A stretch of 64,000 nt of DNA from an uncultured Candidatus Saccharibacteria bacterium (lineage in GTDB: Bacteria > Patescibacteriota > Minisyncoccia > Phycocordibacterales > UBA9973): NCBI GenBank assembly GCA_964527235.1, contig CAZGNC010000002.1, positions 82,381 through 146,380 of the forward strand, written 5' to 3'. The notes beneath the pieces are model-generated. The model had not been told where the DNA came from. It did not search any database and saw nothing but the letters and a program-made list of their open reading frames with translations. Positions 1 through 9,744 of this stretch are shown one piece after another (within the stretch, counting starts at the first letter, position 1; the number at the start of each line of letters is the position of its first letter). Position numbers and translations under genes: made by a program.

Positions 1-561
1 AGATACAAAATTCTCTAATTCTTCAAGTTTAAACTTGGTGAAATTTTTCTTTAGTATCATATCTTTGCCTTTCCAGAACAAAACCCCTATTAATTCCTCC
101 ATACCGACCCCGAGATCTACCGCTTGTCTAAAATAAATCCATAAATTCAATTTATCTCTATTGCCGAACGCATTTGCAAGAAGAAAATTGTCGAACTTTT
201 CTTTTTTCTCTTTTGGAAGTTCAAAAATATTAAGCTCTGTTCGAACTTTTCTAAAAGCATCTAATACCGGCTTCTTTAGTTGTCCTTCTAGAAAAATAAA
301 CTGATTACCTGATTTTTCCATTGATTCTAATTTATTCAGGATAAATTCTTGATTCTCCTCACGGTCAAAAATATTTTCAAAAAATATTGCCATACTACCG
401 AAAAACAAACTCTCACTAGAACAGAAATTCTCTATCTGGGCTGGATCGAAGTTGTTGCGATTCACGAAAAAGCTCTCTGTTTTTTTAGAAACCGAGTCGG
501 TAAATTTTTCATAACTGGCATATTTTTTTTTCGCATCGTCACCGGCAAAGAGATATATCAT
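1..561 (-). CDS. DNA polymerase III delta subunit (HolA)-like, partial. N-terminus is in the window; the gene continues past position 1.
   Basis: I verified the minus-strand frame is open from the ATG at 561-559 to the window edge. The translation starts MIYLFAGDD, typical of HolA N-termini, and later has a GVLFWKGKDM-like domain III motif. It was missing from the ORF track because there is no stop in the window. Confidence 0.5.
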   Translation of the reverse strand, partial: MIYLFAGDDAKKKYASYEKFTDSVSKKTESFFVNRNNFDPAQIENFCSSESLFFGSMAIFFENIFDREENQEFILNKLESMEKSGNQFIFLEGQLKKPVLDAFRKVRTELNIFELPKEKKEKFDNFLLANAFGNRDKLNLWIYFRQAVDLGVGMEELIGVLFWKGKDMILKKNFTKFKLEELENFVS

Positions 562-579
562 GTCGAGCTCTGATAAAAA

Positions 580-1095
580 CTATAATTTTACTGATTTTTT
601 GTACTCTGCGTAGTGTGCCCCGTATCTGGCTTCGAGCTCTTTCTCTTCTTGTCTTAGAAAGACAAACTTTGTCACCAACGAAGCAACAGTGGTGAGGACA
701 ACCACAAATACACCATTTGAAATGAAACCAAAACCAAGCAATAACATATAAAGTCCTAAGTGCGTTGGGCTACGAGTATAAGCATAAGGCCCACGGTAGA
801 AAGTCTCTCTGGTGATATCTTCTCGATGCATAGTTCTCGATGTGTACTGTGCCCAGAAAATAAGGACAGTAGCCAACACCAACATCACTGCCCCAATAGG
901 AGCAAGCATCTCATTAGAGACTATCTTTATTTTAAAGATTAAATCCAAAAGTACCCCACCCAAGAAAGAGAAGAAATATAAGAAATAAGAATGAGCTAAA
1001 ATACGATGTATTTTATACTTATGCAGAGGGTCATCTTCGTGCCCGCCACTAAAGTTATTATCGAGTTCTATTAGTTTTGCGTCGAGGTCATCCAT
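580..1095 (-). CDS. Isoprenylcysteine carboxyl methyltransferase (ICMT)/phospholipid methyltransferase family membrane protein
   Basis: 177-aa ORF, multi-TM, with the C-terminal EExxLxxxYGxxYxxY motif (EEKELEARYGAHYAEYKK) characteristic of the ICMT/PEMT family. The likely start is the internal M of MDDLDAKL. Confidence 0.6.
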   Translation of the reverse strand: MDDLDAKLIELDNNFSGGHEDDPLHKYKIHRILAHSYFLYFFSFLGGVLLDLIFKIKIVSNEMLAPIGAVMLVLATVLIFWAQYTSRTMHREDITRETFYRGPYAYTRSPTHLGLYMLLLGFGFISNGVFVVVLTTVASLVTKFVFLRQEEKELEARYGAHYAEYKKSVKL

Positions 1096-1119
1096 GGCGA
1101 AATTATAGCACAAAACAAC

Positions 1120-3495
1120 CTATTTTACCTCTCCGAAATTGTTCCCGAAACCAGAGTGCACTTCTAGAGGAATGTCGGTTTTATAGTGTAAATATGATCT
1201 CTCGAGCACTCCCTCCATAGCATCTTTTATAACCCGCTCTGCCTTTTCTAAAACTTCCTCTTTAACTTCATACACAAGTTCATCGTGAATCTGTAAAATC
1301 AAATGCGCGCTATTGAGTAGCCCGGCTTTAGCCAAATCTTCTTCAGCATACCGAATAGCGAGCTTTACTATATCTGCAGTAGCTGTCCCCTGTATCGGTG
1401 CATTGATAGCGGTACGCAAAGCCATGCTCTTAAGAAACGGAATTCTTGAATTAATATTTGGGAACCATCTGCGTCTTCCAAATAAAGTTAGCGTGTAAGA
1501 ATTTTTCATTGCGAATTCTTTTACACTTTCTAGATAACTTTGAATTCCAGCAAATTGATTGAAATAATTATCATAGAATTTCTGCGCTTCTTCGCGAGTG
1601 CCTCCTAGATTCTTTTGAAGAGCTGAAACTCCCATACCGTAAATTATTCCAAAGTTTATGACCTTTGCCCTACGGCGCATTTCAGCATCAACTTTATCTA
1701 TCGGCACACCGAAGACAAATGAAGCTACTCCTGCATGAACATCCTTTCTCTCTTTAAATATCTCGGTCATTTTAGGGTCGCCTGACAGCATAGCAGCCAC
1801 ACGTAGTTCTATCTGACTGTAATCAAGAGCTAAAAGCTTATGGCCTTTCTCGGCAACAAAGCCACCCCTTATGCGTCTACCTAGCTCAGTTTTTATAGGT
1901 AAATTTTGCAAATTCGGATCTTGCGAAGAGAACCTCCCGGTGCTTGCTCCGTTTTGAATAAACCGTGCATGAAGCCTGCCGTCACCGCCTGCCATCTGTG
2001 GGATCACATCTATATAAGTAGATAGGAGTTTTTGCAATTCCCGATAGCTTATTATTTCTTTGATTATCGGATTTTCTTCTTCTAGTTCTTCTAGGATAGA
2101 TATCTTGGTAGAGAAAGCTCCACTAGCTTTTCTTTTCTTGCCCGACTTTATTCCCATCTTCTCGAAGAGCACCTCCCCCATTTGTTTGGGTGAATTAATA
2201 TTGAATTCCGTACCCGCCATCTTGTAAATCTTGGCCGAAAGCTTATCAAGTTCGGTATGATATTCTTTGGATAAATCTTTGAAAAAATCCTTATCTATAA
2301 GTATTCCCCGCTCTTCCATCTTTTTAACCATTGGGATTATTGGTTTTTCTATTTCTTCGTAAACTTTTTCCAAGTCATTATCTTTGAGTTTTTTGAATAT
2401 AAACTCACGTGCCTTATCGAAAGATTTCGTGTTGGCAAAATTTAAAATATCTTCTAAGTTGGGATTAGAAATATCAGAGTTAATAAGCCAAAGCGCGATA
2501 GAAGTCTCCTGAAGTTCCTTGGGGTCAACCTCAGTTTCAACTACCGGAGCGCTTATAGTTTTGTTGTCGCTATGACCATTCTCACCAAAAAAAGTTTTGA
2601 GGCGATTAAACAAACTACGAAATTCAAATTTCGCAAATATCTTCTCGATTTTCTGGGCATCAATTGTTTCCCAAAATGTTTTTTCTGGAATTTTAAAATC
2701 TATCGGCACATCGGTGCGAATTTTCGCCAACGTCTTCGAAAACAATGCTTCTTCTTCGTTGTTTTTAATAAGTTCTATCAGTCGTGGAGAAAGTCCTGCA
2801 TCTTTAAACTGCTTTTCATCCTTTTTAATATTTTTATAAATCTCCTCAATAGTTCCAAATTTAGAAATCAGTGTTGTGGCGGTTTTCTCACCAATCCCCT
2901 TAATGCCGATAATGTTGTCCGATGGGTCGCCACGAAGACCCTTGTAATCAGGCAGAAGTTCTGGAGCAAAGCCGAAACGTGCCAATACTGCTTCTTCGTC
3001 ATATAGAATAGTGTCGTTAATTCCCTTTTTAAGAGTATATATTTGAACTTTCTTGCCATCAATCAACTGCATAGTATCCATATCCCCAGAAGCAATGATG
3101 ATTTTCACATCCTTGTCTTTCTTCATTTTCGTAACTATTGTGCCCAAAACATCGTCAGCTTCAAATCCTGGAGCATCGTATATCGGTATGCCAAAGGCCT
3201 CAAATATCTCTCTAGAATTTTGGAGCTGAACCACCAAAGCGTCGTCGGTCTTAGCCCGGCCAGCCTTGTAGGCATCATAAGCTTCATGTCTAAATGTCTT
3301 CTGAGGTAAGTCGTAACAAGCAACGATATAGTCAGGCTTGAGCTCTGAGATAATCTTCATTAACATAGTAGAGAGCCCGTAGAGAGCCCCCGTTGGCTCA
3401 CCGGAAGACGAAAGGAAGTCAGGCAAGGCATGATAGGCACGATGAATTATCGCGTGGGAATCGAGCAGGACTAAAGTCTTGTTTTTAACAGCCAT
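1120..3495 (-). CDS. polA: DNA polymerase I (5'-3' nuclease plus polymerase; compact, Taq-like size)
   Basis: Motifs seen: N-terminal 5' nuclease (LLDSHAIIHRAYHALP), and in the polymerase domain DYSQIELRVAAMLSGD (motif A), RRRAKVINFGIIYGMG (motif B) and QIHDELVYEV (motif C). The probable start is MAVKNK at 3495. Confidence 0.9.
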   Translation of the reverse strand: MAVKNKTLVLLDSHAIIHRAYHALPDFLSSSGEPTGALYGLSTMLMKIISELKPDYIVACYDLPQKTFRHEAYDAYKAGRAKTDDALVVQLQNSREIFEAFGIPIYDAPGFEADDVLGTIVTKMKKDKDVKIIIASGDMDTMQLIDGKKVQIYTLKKGINDTILYDEEAVLARFGFAPELLPDYKGLRGDPSDNIIGIKGIGEKTATTLISKFGTIEEIYKNIKKDEKQFKDAGLSPRLIELIKNNEEEALFSKTLAKIRTDVPIDFKIPEKTFWETIDAQKIEKIFAKFEFRSLFNRLKTFFGENGHSDNKTISAPVVETEVDPKELQETSIALWLINSDISNPNLEDILNFANTKSFDKAREFIFKKLKDNDLEKVYEEIEKPIIPMVKKMEERGILIDKDFFKDLSKEYHTELDKLSAKIYKMAGTEFNINSPKQMGEVLFEKMGIKSGKKRKASGAFSTKISILEELEEENPIIKEIISYRELQKLLSTYIDVIPQMAGGDGRLHARFIQNGASTGRFSSQDPNLQNLPIKTELGRRIRGGFVAEKGHKLLALDYSQIELRVAAMLSGDPKMTEIFKERKDVHAGVASFVFGVPIDKVDAEMRRRAKVINFGIIYGMGVSALQKNLGGTREEAQKFYDNYFNQFAGIQSYLESVKEFAMKNSYTLTLFGRRRWFPNINSRIPFLKSMALRTAINAPIQGTATADIVKLAIRYAEEDLAKAGLLNSAHLILQIHDELVYEVKEEVLEKAERVIKDAMEGVLERSYLHYKTDIPLEVHSGFGNNFGEVK

Positions 3496-3512
3496 TATGG
3501 AAATTATACCAT

Positions 3513-5231
3513 TTGGGCTATACTTTATATACAATGGCATCTTTTGATGAAGAAAAGCAGAATAAAGACCTAGAAGACCTGCTCAAAGAAGAGGAAGAGC
3601 AGTTGGTGCAGATGTTGGCAGAAACTAAATACAACATGCCTTACGCCAACATGCTAAATATCGGTATCGACAACGAGGCACTTAGGTCTATCCCCGAAAG
3701 CGAAGCCGTCGCTCATGGAGTCGCTCCTTTTAAACTTTCAGGTAAAAATATTTTCATCGGTGTTCGCTCTCCTTCTCCTGAATTAATGCAAGATATTTAT
3801 GAAAAAATTGAGAAACAGGGATTGATACCGGTTTTTTATATGGTTTCCAAACGAAGCCTGGAGAAAGTCTGGAGTCGTTATAAGGAACTTTCACTAGCAG
3901 AAAATTCTAAAGCGGGAGGCATCGAAGTCTCAGCAACGGCACTTCAAGAAATAATCAGCAAGATAGCCAAGATGCAAGACGTCAGCAATCTGATCAACCA
4001 AACCGTCGAAGAAGAAAAAGTTCACAAAATCTCTCACCTCCTAGAAATTATTCTAGCTGGAGCCATAGCTATCAAAGCATCAGACGTGCACATAGAGCCA
4101 GAAAAAGACGGCTGTCGCGTTAGACTAAGACTGGACGGAGTACTCCAAGACGTCGCTTATTTAAAAATGGATGTATATCCTCTGCTTGATTCCCGCATCA
4201 AGCTTCTATCTGGAGTAAAATTAAATTCTCAAACCACTCAAGACGGAAGATTTAGTATTGTTGAGGGTGGAGCTGAAATAAATGTCCGTTCTTCTTTTAT
4301 TCCTGGAGCATACGGAGACTCTATCTCTATGAGAGTGCTCGACCCAAGAGCTATCCAAATAAAAATGGAGGAAATGGGAATGGATGCTTCTCTGCTTAAA
4401 CTCGTAGAACAAAACATTGCGAAACCAAACGGGCTCATCTTGGTTACAGGACCAACTGGCTCGGGTAAAACCACTACTCTTTATGCTTTCTTAAGTAAGA
4501 TTTACTCTACTGAAATAAACATAATAACCATCGAAGACCCTATCGAATACCACCTAAATGGCATCACTCAAACCCAAATAAACCTAGGCAACAACTACAC
4601 CTTCCCTGAGGGTCTGCGTTCAGCACTACGCCAAGACCCCGACGTAATAATGGTGGGAGAAATACGCGACGAAGACACTGCAAAAATAGCAGTGCAGTCG
4701 GCCCTCACTGGACACATGGTTTTCTCAACACTTCACACCAACAACGCAGCCGGTACAATCCCCCGCTTGATAGACCTTGGAGTAAATGCAAAGATTTTAG
4801 TCTCTGCGCTATCACTCTCAATGGCACAGCGCTTGGTCAGAAAACTCTGCACAAATTGCAAAAAAGAAAGATCTCTTACCGAAGAAGAGTCTGGCTTGTT
4901 TAAAACAATTATAAGTCAGATGAAAGAAGACGGTAAAGAATTAGAAAAGTTTGGAGTAAAGAATGCCGATACGGATAAAGTATTTTCTGCAGTTGGGTGT
5001 GAGAAATGCAACATGACTGGATACACAGGTAGGGTTGGAATATTCGAAGCAATCAAAACAGACGAGGCTATTGAGAAAGTTATGACAGAAAACCCAAGCG
5101 AGCGAGAAATAAAGAAAGCTGCACGAAAGCAAGGAATCCTAACTATGCGCGAAGATGGTATTGTGAAAATTCTAAGTGGTATTACTTCTATCGAAGAAGT
5201 CGCGGGAGTAGTAGATCTAAAAGAGGAATAA
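3513..5231 (+). CDS. pilB: Type IV pilus / type II secretion assembly ATPase (PilB/GspE family)
   Basis: Walker A GPTGSGKTT, GspE-type Asp/His boxes, and a C-terminal tetracysteine motif (CTNCKK...CEKC). The start may instead be MASFDEE at 3534. No pilC or pilM neighbour is present in the window. Confidence 0.85.
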   Translation: MGYTLYTMASFDEEKQNKDLEDLLKEEEEQLVQMLAETKYNMPYANMLNIGIDNEALRSIPESEAVAHGVAPFKLSGKNIFIGVRSPSPELMQDIYEKIEKQGLIPVFYMVSKRSLEKVWSRYKELSLAENSKAGGIEVSATALQEIISKIAKMQDVSNLINQTVEEEKVHKISHLLEIILAGAIAIKASDVHIEPEKDGCRVRLRLDGVLQDVAYLKMDVYPLLDSRIKLLSGVKLNSQTTQDGRFSIVEGGAEINVRSSFIPGAYGDSISMRVLDPRAIQIKMEEMGMDASLLKLVEQNIAKPNGLILVTGPTGSGKTTTLYAFLSKIYSTEINIITIEDPIEYHLNGITQTQINLGNNYTFPEGLRSALRQDPDVIMVGEIRDEDTAKIAVQSALTGHMVFSTLHTNNAAGTIPRLIDLGVNAKILVSALSLSMAQRLVRKLCTNCKKERSLTEEESGLFKTIISQMKEDGKELEKFGVKNADTDKVFSAVGCEKCNMTGYTGRVGIFEAIKTDEAIEKVMTENPSEREIKKAARKQGILTMREDGIVKILSGITSIEEVAGVVDLKEE

Positions 5232-5257
5232 TCGAACTAAGTCTATTAGTGCAAAAA

Positions 5258-6034
5258 CTAGTTCAACAACCCTTTGAAAACCAAACAGGCTGGCCCAGTC
5301 AGCCAAATATTATCGTAATTTCCCTCTGATTTTTTTTCAAACTCTACAAGAAGCTTCCCTCCTCTAGTTTGAACAGTGCAAACATTACTAGCTAAAAGCC
5401 CTAAATGATGTGCTGCTATCGCTACAGAAGTAGAGCCAGTACCGCAAGCCATTGTCTCATCTTCTACCCCTCTCTCGTAAGTACGAACATGCAGAACTCC
5501 ATCCTTAATTTGAGTAAAATTTGTATTGACCCCATTCGGATCCGAATACCTTATCTTGCGACCTTCAGACACAACAGGGAAATTTTCAATATCTTCCACA
5601 AACATCACATTGTGTGGCGTAGTGCCAGAAAACAAAAACGGCAGATTGTTGCGTGTTAAAATTTGAGAAACATTTTGCATTTTTAATTTAACAATATCTC
5701 CATCTATCTCTGCTTTATGCTCTCCATCCACCGCCATGAAATAAACTTCTTTCGGATTTTTTATTATCTTTAAAACATTGTGTGCGAAATGCACGATACA
5801 CCTTCCTCCATTACCACACATTGCACCTGTGCTGCCATCACTGTTTATATAAACCATTCTGAAATCAAACCCGGGCTCTTCTTCTAAAAGCATTATCCCG
5901 TCTGCTCCAACGCCAAACCTCCTGTGACACAAAAGCTTAATTAATTCTATGTCTTTTTTATCAAAAAGAGGATCTCTGTTGTCTATCAATATAAAATCAT
6001 TACCTGCACCGTGATATTTATAGAAATTTTGCAT
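5258..6034 (-). CDS. dapF: Diaminopimelate epimerase
   Basis: N-terminal YHGAGNDFILID and the catalytic-Cys motif MCGNGGRC. Confidence 0.85.
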   Translation of the reverse strand: MQNFYKYHGAGNDFILIDNRDPLFDKKDIELIKLLCHRRFGVGADGIMLLEEEPGFDFRMVYINSDGSTGAMCGNGGRCIVHFAHNVLKIIKNPKEVYFMAVDGEHKAEIDGDIVKLKMQNVSQILTRNNLPFLFSGTTPHNVMFVEDIENFPVVSEGRKIRYSDPNGVNTNFTQIKDGVLHVRTYERGVEDETMACGTGSTSVAIAAHHLGLLASNVCTVQTRGGKLLVEFEKKSEGNYDNIWLTGPACLVFKGLLN

Positions 6035-6046
6035 ATTTTAAATTAC

Positions 6047-6078
6047 ATTACCTGCTGACATGTTTTGTCAGCAGGGCC
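6047..6078. terminator. 10-bp perfect stem hairpin (CCTGCTGACA tgtttt TGTCAGCAGG), probable terminator of the small minus-strand ORF
   Basis: A perfect inverted repeat seen directly in the sequence, with flanking T/A-rich runs. Confidence 0.4.
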
Positions 6079-6120
6079 GCACTCATTATTTATTTTTGTG
6101 GGACAAGACCCAACAATCTA

Positions 6121-6330
6121 CTAATCTGCTCCCGCGAACAAAGAACCTCCATTATCCCAAACCACGGGCAAGCCATCAAAAATCTTCTCTGATGAGTTAC
6201 CGGAAGCTTTGTGAGTAGACGCTATGTGTTCAGCGTATTCTCTACAAGAGGCTTCAATAATAAGAGTATAGATGTGACTACCTTCGCGGTTCTTGATCTT
6301 GTAAATGAAGAACATGGTTACTCCTGGCAA
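6121..6330 (-). CDS. Small hypothetical protein with weak GIY-YIG-like N-terminal pattern
   Basis: 69 aa. FFIYKIKNREGSHIYTL...EYAEHI loosely aligns to the GIY-YIG consensus (YVYIL..DGSxYIG..DLxRRLxEH). No stronger support. Confidence 0.3.
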   Translation of the reverse strand: MPGVTMFFIYKIKNREGSHIYTLIIEASCREYAEHIASTHKASGNSSEKIFDGLPVVWDNGGSLFAGAD

Positions 6331-6430
6331 GTGTCTGTATACAGATTACAAAAACAGCTTACAAATGTTAAGTTTTCTAACATTCATCTTGTGTTTTTAA
6401 CTTTTTGTAAAATCTGTTAAGATTCCCAAT

Positions 6431-7090
6431 ATGATCAAAATACACCCGATTGTGCGGGAAATATTACTAAAAGAAGTAGAGGCGCTGTTTGCCTTAACTA
6501 ACGGGTATATGAATATGAGTAGCTATGCTCACCGCATACTCCCCCGAGTAGAAGCCAAAGCCAAGAAACCGGTCACCATAACCAGCCTAGTCGTCTCTTT
6601 ATCACGGCTTAAAAAAGAATTAAAAAAGGAGAAACCCCTGATACATAATGTAAAAATAAAAAACATTACCACCAAACTACCCTTATCTGAAATAATTTAT
6701 GAAAATAGTAACAAATTTATTAACGAGCTAGAATCTCTGCACAAGAACATATCTTTAACCCAGGAAGATTTTTTCACCACCACCATAGGAACCACTGAAG
6801 TTGATATTATCTGTTCTTCTAATTTAGAAAGCAAAATACTTAAACATTTTAAAATAAAACCCAAATTTACAAATCATGGCTTTGCCGCCATAGGAGTTTC
6901 ATACGGACCTGAAGTTTTCGGCACCCCGAACGTCTTCTTTTCCCTTCTATCTATCACAGCTCGAGCACGCATCAACATTGAAGAGCTGGTTTCCACACCG
7001 ACTGAATTAATTTTTATTGTCGCAGAGAAAGATTTTAGTAAAACCGTGGCTTTGTTTTCAGAATTACATCGAGAAGTTCGTGAGAAATAA
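6431..7090 (+). CDS. Hypothetical protein (possible ACT-like regulatory fold)
   Basis: 219-aa ORF with a coherent composition and no recognisable catalytic motif. Confidence 0.45.
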   Translation: MIKIHPIVREILLKEVEALFALTNGYMNMSSYAHRILPRVEAKAKKPVTITSLVVSLSRLKKELKKEKPLIHNVKIKNITTKLPLSEIIYENSNKFINELESLHKNISLTQEDFFTTTIGTTEVDIICSSNLESKILKHFKIKPKFTNHGFAAIGVSYGPEVFGTPNVFFSLLSITARARINIEELVSTPTELIFIVAEKDFSKTVALFSELHREVREK

Positions 7091-7095
7091 AAAAA

Positions 7096-7238
7096 GCATT
7101 AATCTCTAAACAATCCTTTCAAAGATAAACTTCAAAAGTAACAAATTCTTGAAGGATAGTTCCAGCGAGCTAATTAAAGTGCCAAAACGTCCTACGCAAA
7201 TTTGTATAACCTGTGGCTGATTGCTTAGAGATTAATGC
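7096..7238. repeat. MITE-like element: 20-bp terminal inverted repeats (gcattaatctctaaacaatc ... gattgcttagagattaatgc; 19 of 20 complementary) flanking about 103 bp of non-coding sequence
   Basis: The inverted repeat is seen directly. It lies between the hypothetical gene and the ruvB promoter region, whose TATAAT-like -10 is at about 7290. Confidence 0.5.
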
Positions 7239-7358
7239 CTTCTCTTGCTTACAATTATACTATTATAGAGTAGCGCCTAGATGCTATAATGTGCATAGAG
7301 GTGTTGATACCCTGTTGATAAACTTATTACTTCGGTAGTATAGCATATTACTAAACCA

Positions 7359-8357
7359 ATGTCAAGTAACAATAATGAGAAAATTGAAGACTCTGTTTTA
7401 GACCAAACCCTGCGCCCAACAGCCTGGGAAGAGTACGTTGGCCAAAAACACATAAAAGACAACGTTAAAATCCTGCTCAAGGCAGCCGAAGAACGTGGCC
7501 ATATACCCGAACACATACTATTCTACGGCCCTCCAGGGCTCGGCAAGACTACTTTAGCTCACCTTATAGCTAAAGAGACAGGCCGACAAATGAAAGTCAC
7601 CTCAGGCCCAGCCATAGAAAAGGTTGGTGACCTGGCTTCGGTTCTCACCAATCTATCCCCTGGGGACATACTTTTCATAGATGAAATCCACAGACTCAAC
7701 AAAATGGTGGAAGAAATACTCTACCCTGCGATGGAGTCAGGAGTGCTCGATATCATCATCGGCAAGGGACCATCAGCTAGAACGATACAGCTAGATCTAC
7801 CTCCTTTCACTCTTATAGCGGCAACCACTCGTGTCGCTCTAGTTTCCTCCCCTCTTCGTTCACGTTTCTCTGGAGGAGTTTTCAGAATGGAATTTTATTC
7901 TAACGAAGAAATCGCTCAGATTGTAAAAAGATCTAGCTCACTACTGAAAACCGAACTAGACGAAGAAGCATTGCACGAAATAGCTAGACGCAGTAGGTGT
8001 ACTCCAAGAACAGCAAACTACTTCCTAAAGCGCTGTCGAGATTATGCTCAGGTGCATAAGAAAAATTTAGATAAACAAACAGTGAAAGGCGCGTTGGATA
8101 TGTTGGCGATAGATGAAATAGGACTTAATGCTCTCGATAGAAAATTCTTAGAGATACTAATAGAGAAATTTAACGGTGGACCGATAGGACTCAAGACTAT
8201 AAGCGCCGCTCTTGCTGAAGAAGAGGCAACAGTAGAAGAAGTTATGGAGCCTTACTTGATACAACTAGGACTTCTAGAACGCACCGCTCGTGGACGAGTC
8301 GCTACCAAAAAAGCCTACGAGCATTTGGGTTTTGACTTTGTGGACGAAGCGAAATAA
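7359..8357 (+). CDS. ruvB: Holliday junction branch migration ATPase RuvB
   Basis: GPPGLGKTTLAHLIA Walker A, RuvB sensor motifs and a C-terminal winged helix; 332 aa. Confidence 0.95.
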   Translation: MSSNNNEKIEDSVLDQTLRPTAWEEYVGQKHIKDNVKILLKAAEERGHIPEHILFYGPPGLGKTTLAHLIAKETGRQMKVTSGPAIEKVGDLASVLTNLSPGDILFIDEIHRLNKMVEEILYPAMESGVLDIIIGKGPSARTIQLDLPPFTLIAATTRVALVSSPLRSRFSGGVFRMEFYSNEEIAQIVKRSSSLLKTELDEEALHEIARRSRCTPRTANYFLKRCRDYAQVHKKNLDKQTVKGALDMLAIDEIGLNALDRKFLEILIEKFNGGPIGLKTISAALAEEEATVEEVMEPYLIQLGLLERTARGRVATKKAYEHLGFDFVDEAK

Positions 8358-8369
8358 ACTGATACACAT

Positions 8370-8906
8370 ATGGCAGGACATAATAAATGGGCGCAAATAA
8401 AACACAAAAAGGCTATTACTGATGCCAAGAAAAGCAAGATTTTCTCAAAGCTTGTGCGATTCATCGCGGTTGAAGCACGGCTCTCAGGTGGCAAAGACTC
8501 TCCGGGGCTACGTGCGGCCATTGAAAAAGCGCGCAAGGTAAACATGCCGGCAGACAACATTGAACGCGCAATAAAGAAAGCCAGTGAACCTGGTGTGCAA
8601 ATGGAATCTATCGCCTACGAAGCATACGGCCCAGGTGGTGTAGGAATAATTATTGAAACTTTAACAAACAACAAAAACCGAACCGCTCAAGAAATAAAGC
8701 ACATACTTTCAGTCAACGGCACAGCACTAGGATCCATCGGCTCGGTAGTCTGGGCATTTAAAAAAGAAATTTCTCCAGAAGGATTAGTGTGGCTACCAAC
8801 TTCAACCATTTCCCTGGGAGATGAAGACTTGAACCTTCTAGGGAAACTAGTAGAAGAACTAGAAGAAAACGACGACGTGCAGGAAGTATTTACCAACGCG
8901 GAATAA
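8370..8906 (+). CDS. YebC/PmpR-family probable transcriptional regulator (short, 178 aa)
   Basis: N-terminal MAGHNKWAQIKHKK...NIERAIKKA is the YebC signature. The protein is about 60 aa shorter than canonical YebC. Confidence 0.8.
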   Translation: MAGHNKWAQIKHKKAITDAKKSKIFSKLVRFIAVEARLSGGKDSPGLRAAIEKARKVNMPADNIERAIKKASEPGVQMESIAYEAYGPGGVGIIIETLTNNKNRTAQEIKHILSVNGTALGSIGSVVWAFKKEISPEGLVWLPTSTISLGDEDLNLLGKLVEELEENDDVQEVFTNAE

Positions 8907-8917
8907 AATATTTATAT

Positions 8918-9421
8918 ATGAGAATTTTAGGGATAGATCCTGGCTTTGAAAGACTAGGTATCGCCATACTTGAGAAAAATACTTCTGACCCGAAAGAACA
9001 TGTCGTCTTTTCTACGTGTTTTAAAACTCCGGCGAGCTTGCCTTTTGAGGAACGGCTTAAATTAATAGGCACTGAGGTAAAAGAAAAAATAAAAAAATAT
9101 AAACCAGACATACTAGCCATAGAAACACTGTTCTTAACTAACAATCAAAAGACGGTTATGCGTGTGGCTGAGGCCCGGGGAGTGGTTCTATATGAGAGCA
9201 TAAGTGCTGGTTTGCAGATTTTTGAACTATCTCCTCTTCAAATCAAGATGTCTATTACTGGATATGGTCGTGCTGACAAAAAACAAATACTCAAAATGGT
9301 GAAAATGCTCGTAAAGATCGAGGATTCTAAGAATTCAGACGACGAACTAGACGCCATAGCTGTAGCTCTAGCTGGTTTTGCTGAAAGCAAAAATATCAAG
9401 AGGTTGACCCAGAAAAGCTAA
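8918..9421 (+). CDS. ruvC: Crossover junction endodeoxyribonuclease RuvC
   Basis: MRILGIDPGFERLGIAILE N-terminus with the catalytic Asp; 167 aa. Confidence 0.9.
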   Translation: MRILGIDPGFERLGIAILEKNTSDPKEHVVFSTCFKTPASLPFEERLKLIGTEVKEKIKKYKPDILAIETLFLTNNQKTVMRVAEARGVVLYESISAGLQIFELSPLQIKMSITGYGRADKKQILKMVKMLVKIEDSKNSDDELDAIAVALAGFAESKNIKRLTQKS

Positions 9422-9430
9422 GTCAGCTAG

Positions 9431-9439
9431 TTATCCACA
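9431..9439. promoter_or_regulatory. Perfect DnaA box TTATCCACA within the 15-mer TAGTTATCCACATTT
   Basis: Exact consensus 9-mer. The same 15-mer recurs at 38866-38880. Confidence 0.4.
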
Positions 9440-9563
9440 TTTTTCAGTATTAATTCTTGCTAAAGAAGAATGTTTTTGATAAAACTAAAGAAAATAATTT
9501 TATTAAGATATTTTAAGTGTTTGTTAATTGGTCGTTTATAAAAATTTAGAGTAAAAATTTCGC

Positions 9564-9701
9564 ATGGATTACGATGATGAAAGTGGAATAGAGGAGCAAA
9601 CCTTTAAAGTCGAAGAAGATGATGATCTTCTTGAACCCCCACTAGATATGCCTGATGACTTTGACGAGCTTGATGAAGACCCAGAGGATAAATTCCACTA
9701 A
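9564..9701 (+). CDS. Hypothetical 45-aa highly acidic micro-protein (MDYDDESGIEEQTFKVEEDDDLLEPPLDMPDDFDELDEDPEDKFH)
   Basis: ORF below the track threshold. About half its residues are D/E. It is followed directly by an intrinsic terminator hairpin. No strong RBS, so it may be non-coding. Confidence 0.25.
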   Translation: MDYDDESGIEEQTFKVEEDDDLLEPPLDMPDDFDELDEDPEDKFH

Positions 9702-9736
9702 AAACAAAAATACCCCGCTTGGGGTATTTTTGTTTT
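9701..9736. terminator. Bidirectional rho-independent terminator (aaaataCCCC gctt GGGGtatttt) between the convergent acidic ORF and tyrS
   Basis: 10-bp stem with T-runs on both sides. Confidence 0.55.
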
Positions 9737-9744
9737 GTGAAGTT

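Noticed and set aside
349-573. 74-aa plus-strand ORF from the track
   Set aside because: It lies entirely inside, and antisense to, the open minus-strand frame encoding the HolA-like protein. Its sequence is low complexity (FFF, III runs) typical of a spurious antisense ORF.
2572-3309. Several 60-140-aa plus- and minus-strand ORFs inside polA
   Set aside because: Antisense or alternative-frame ORFs within a well-supported 806-aa polA gene. No motifs.
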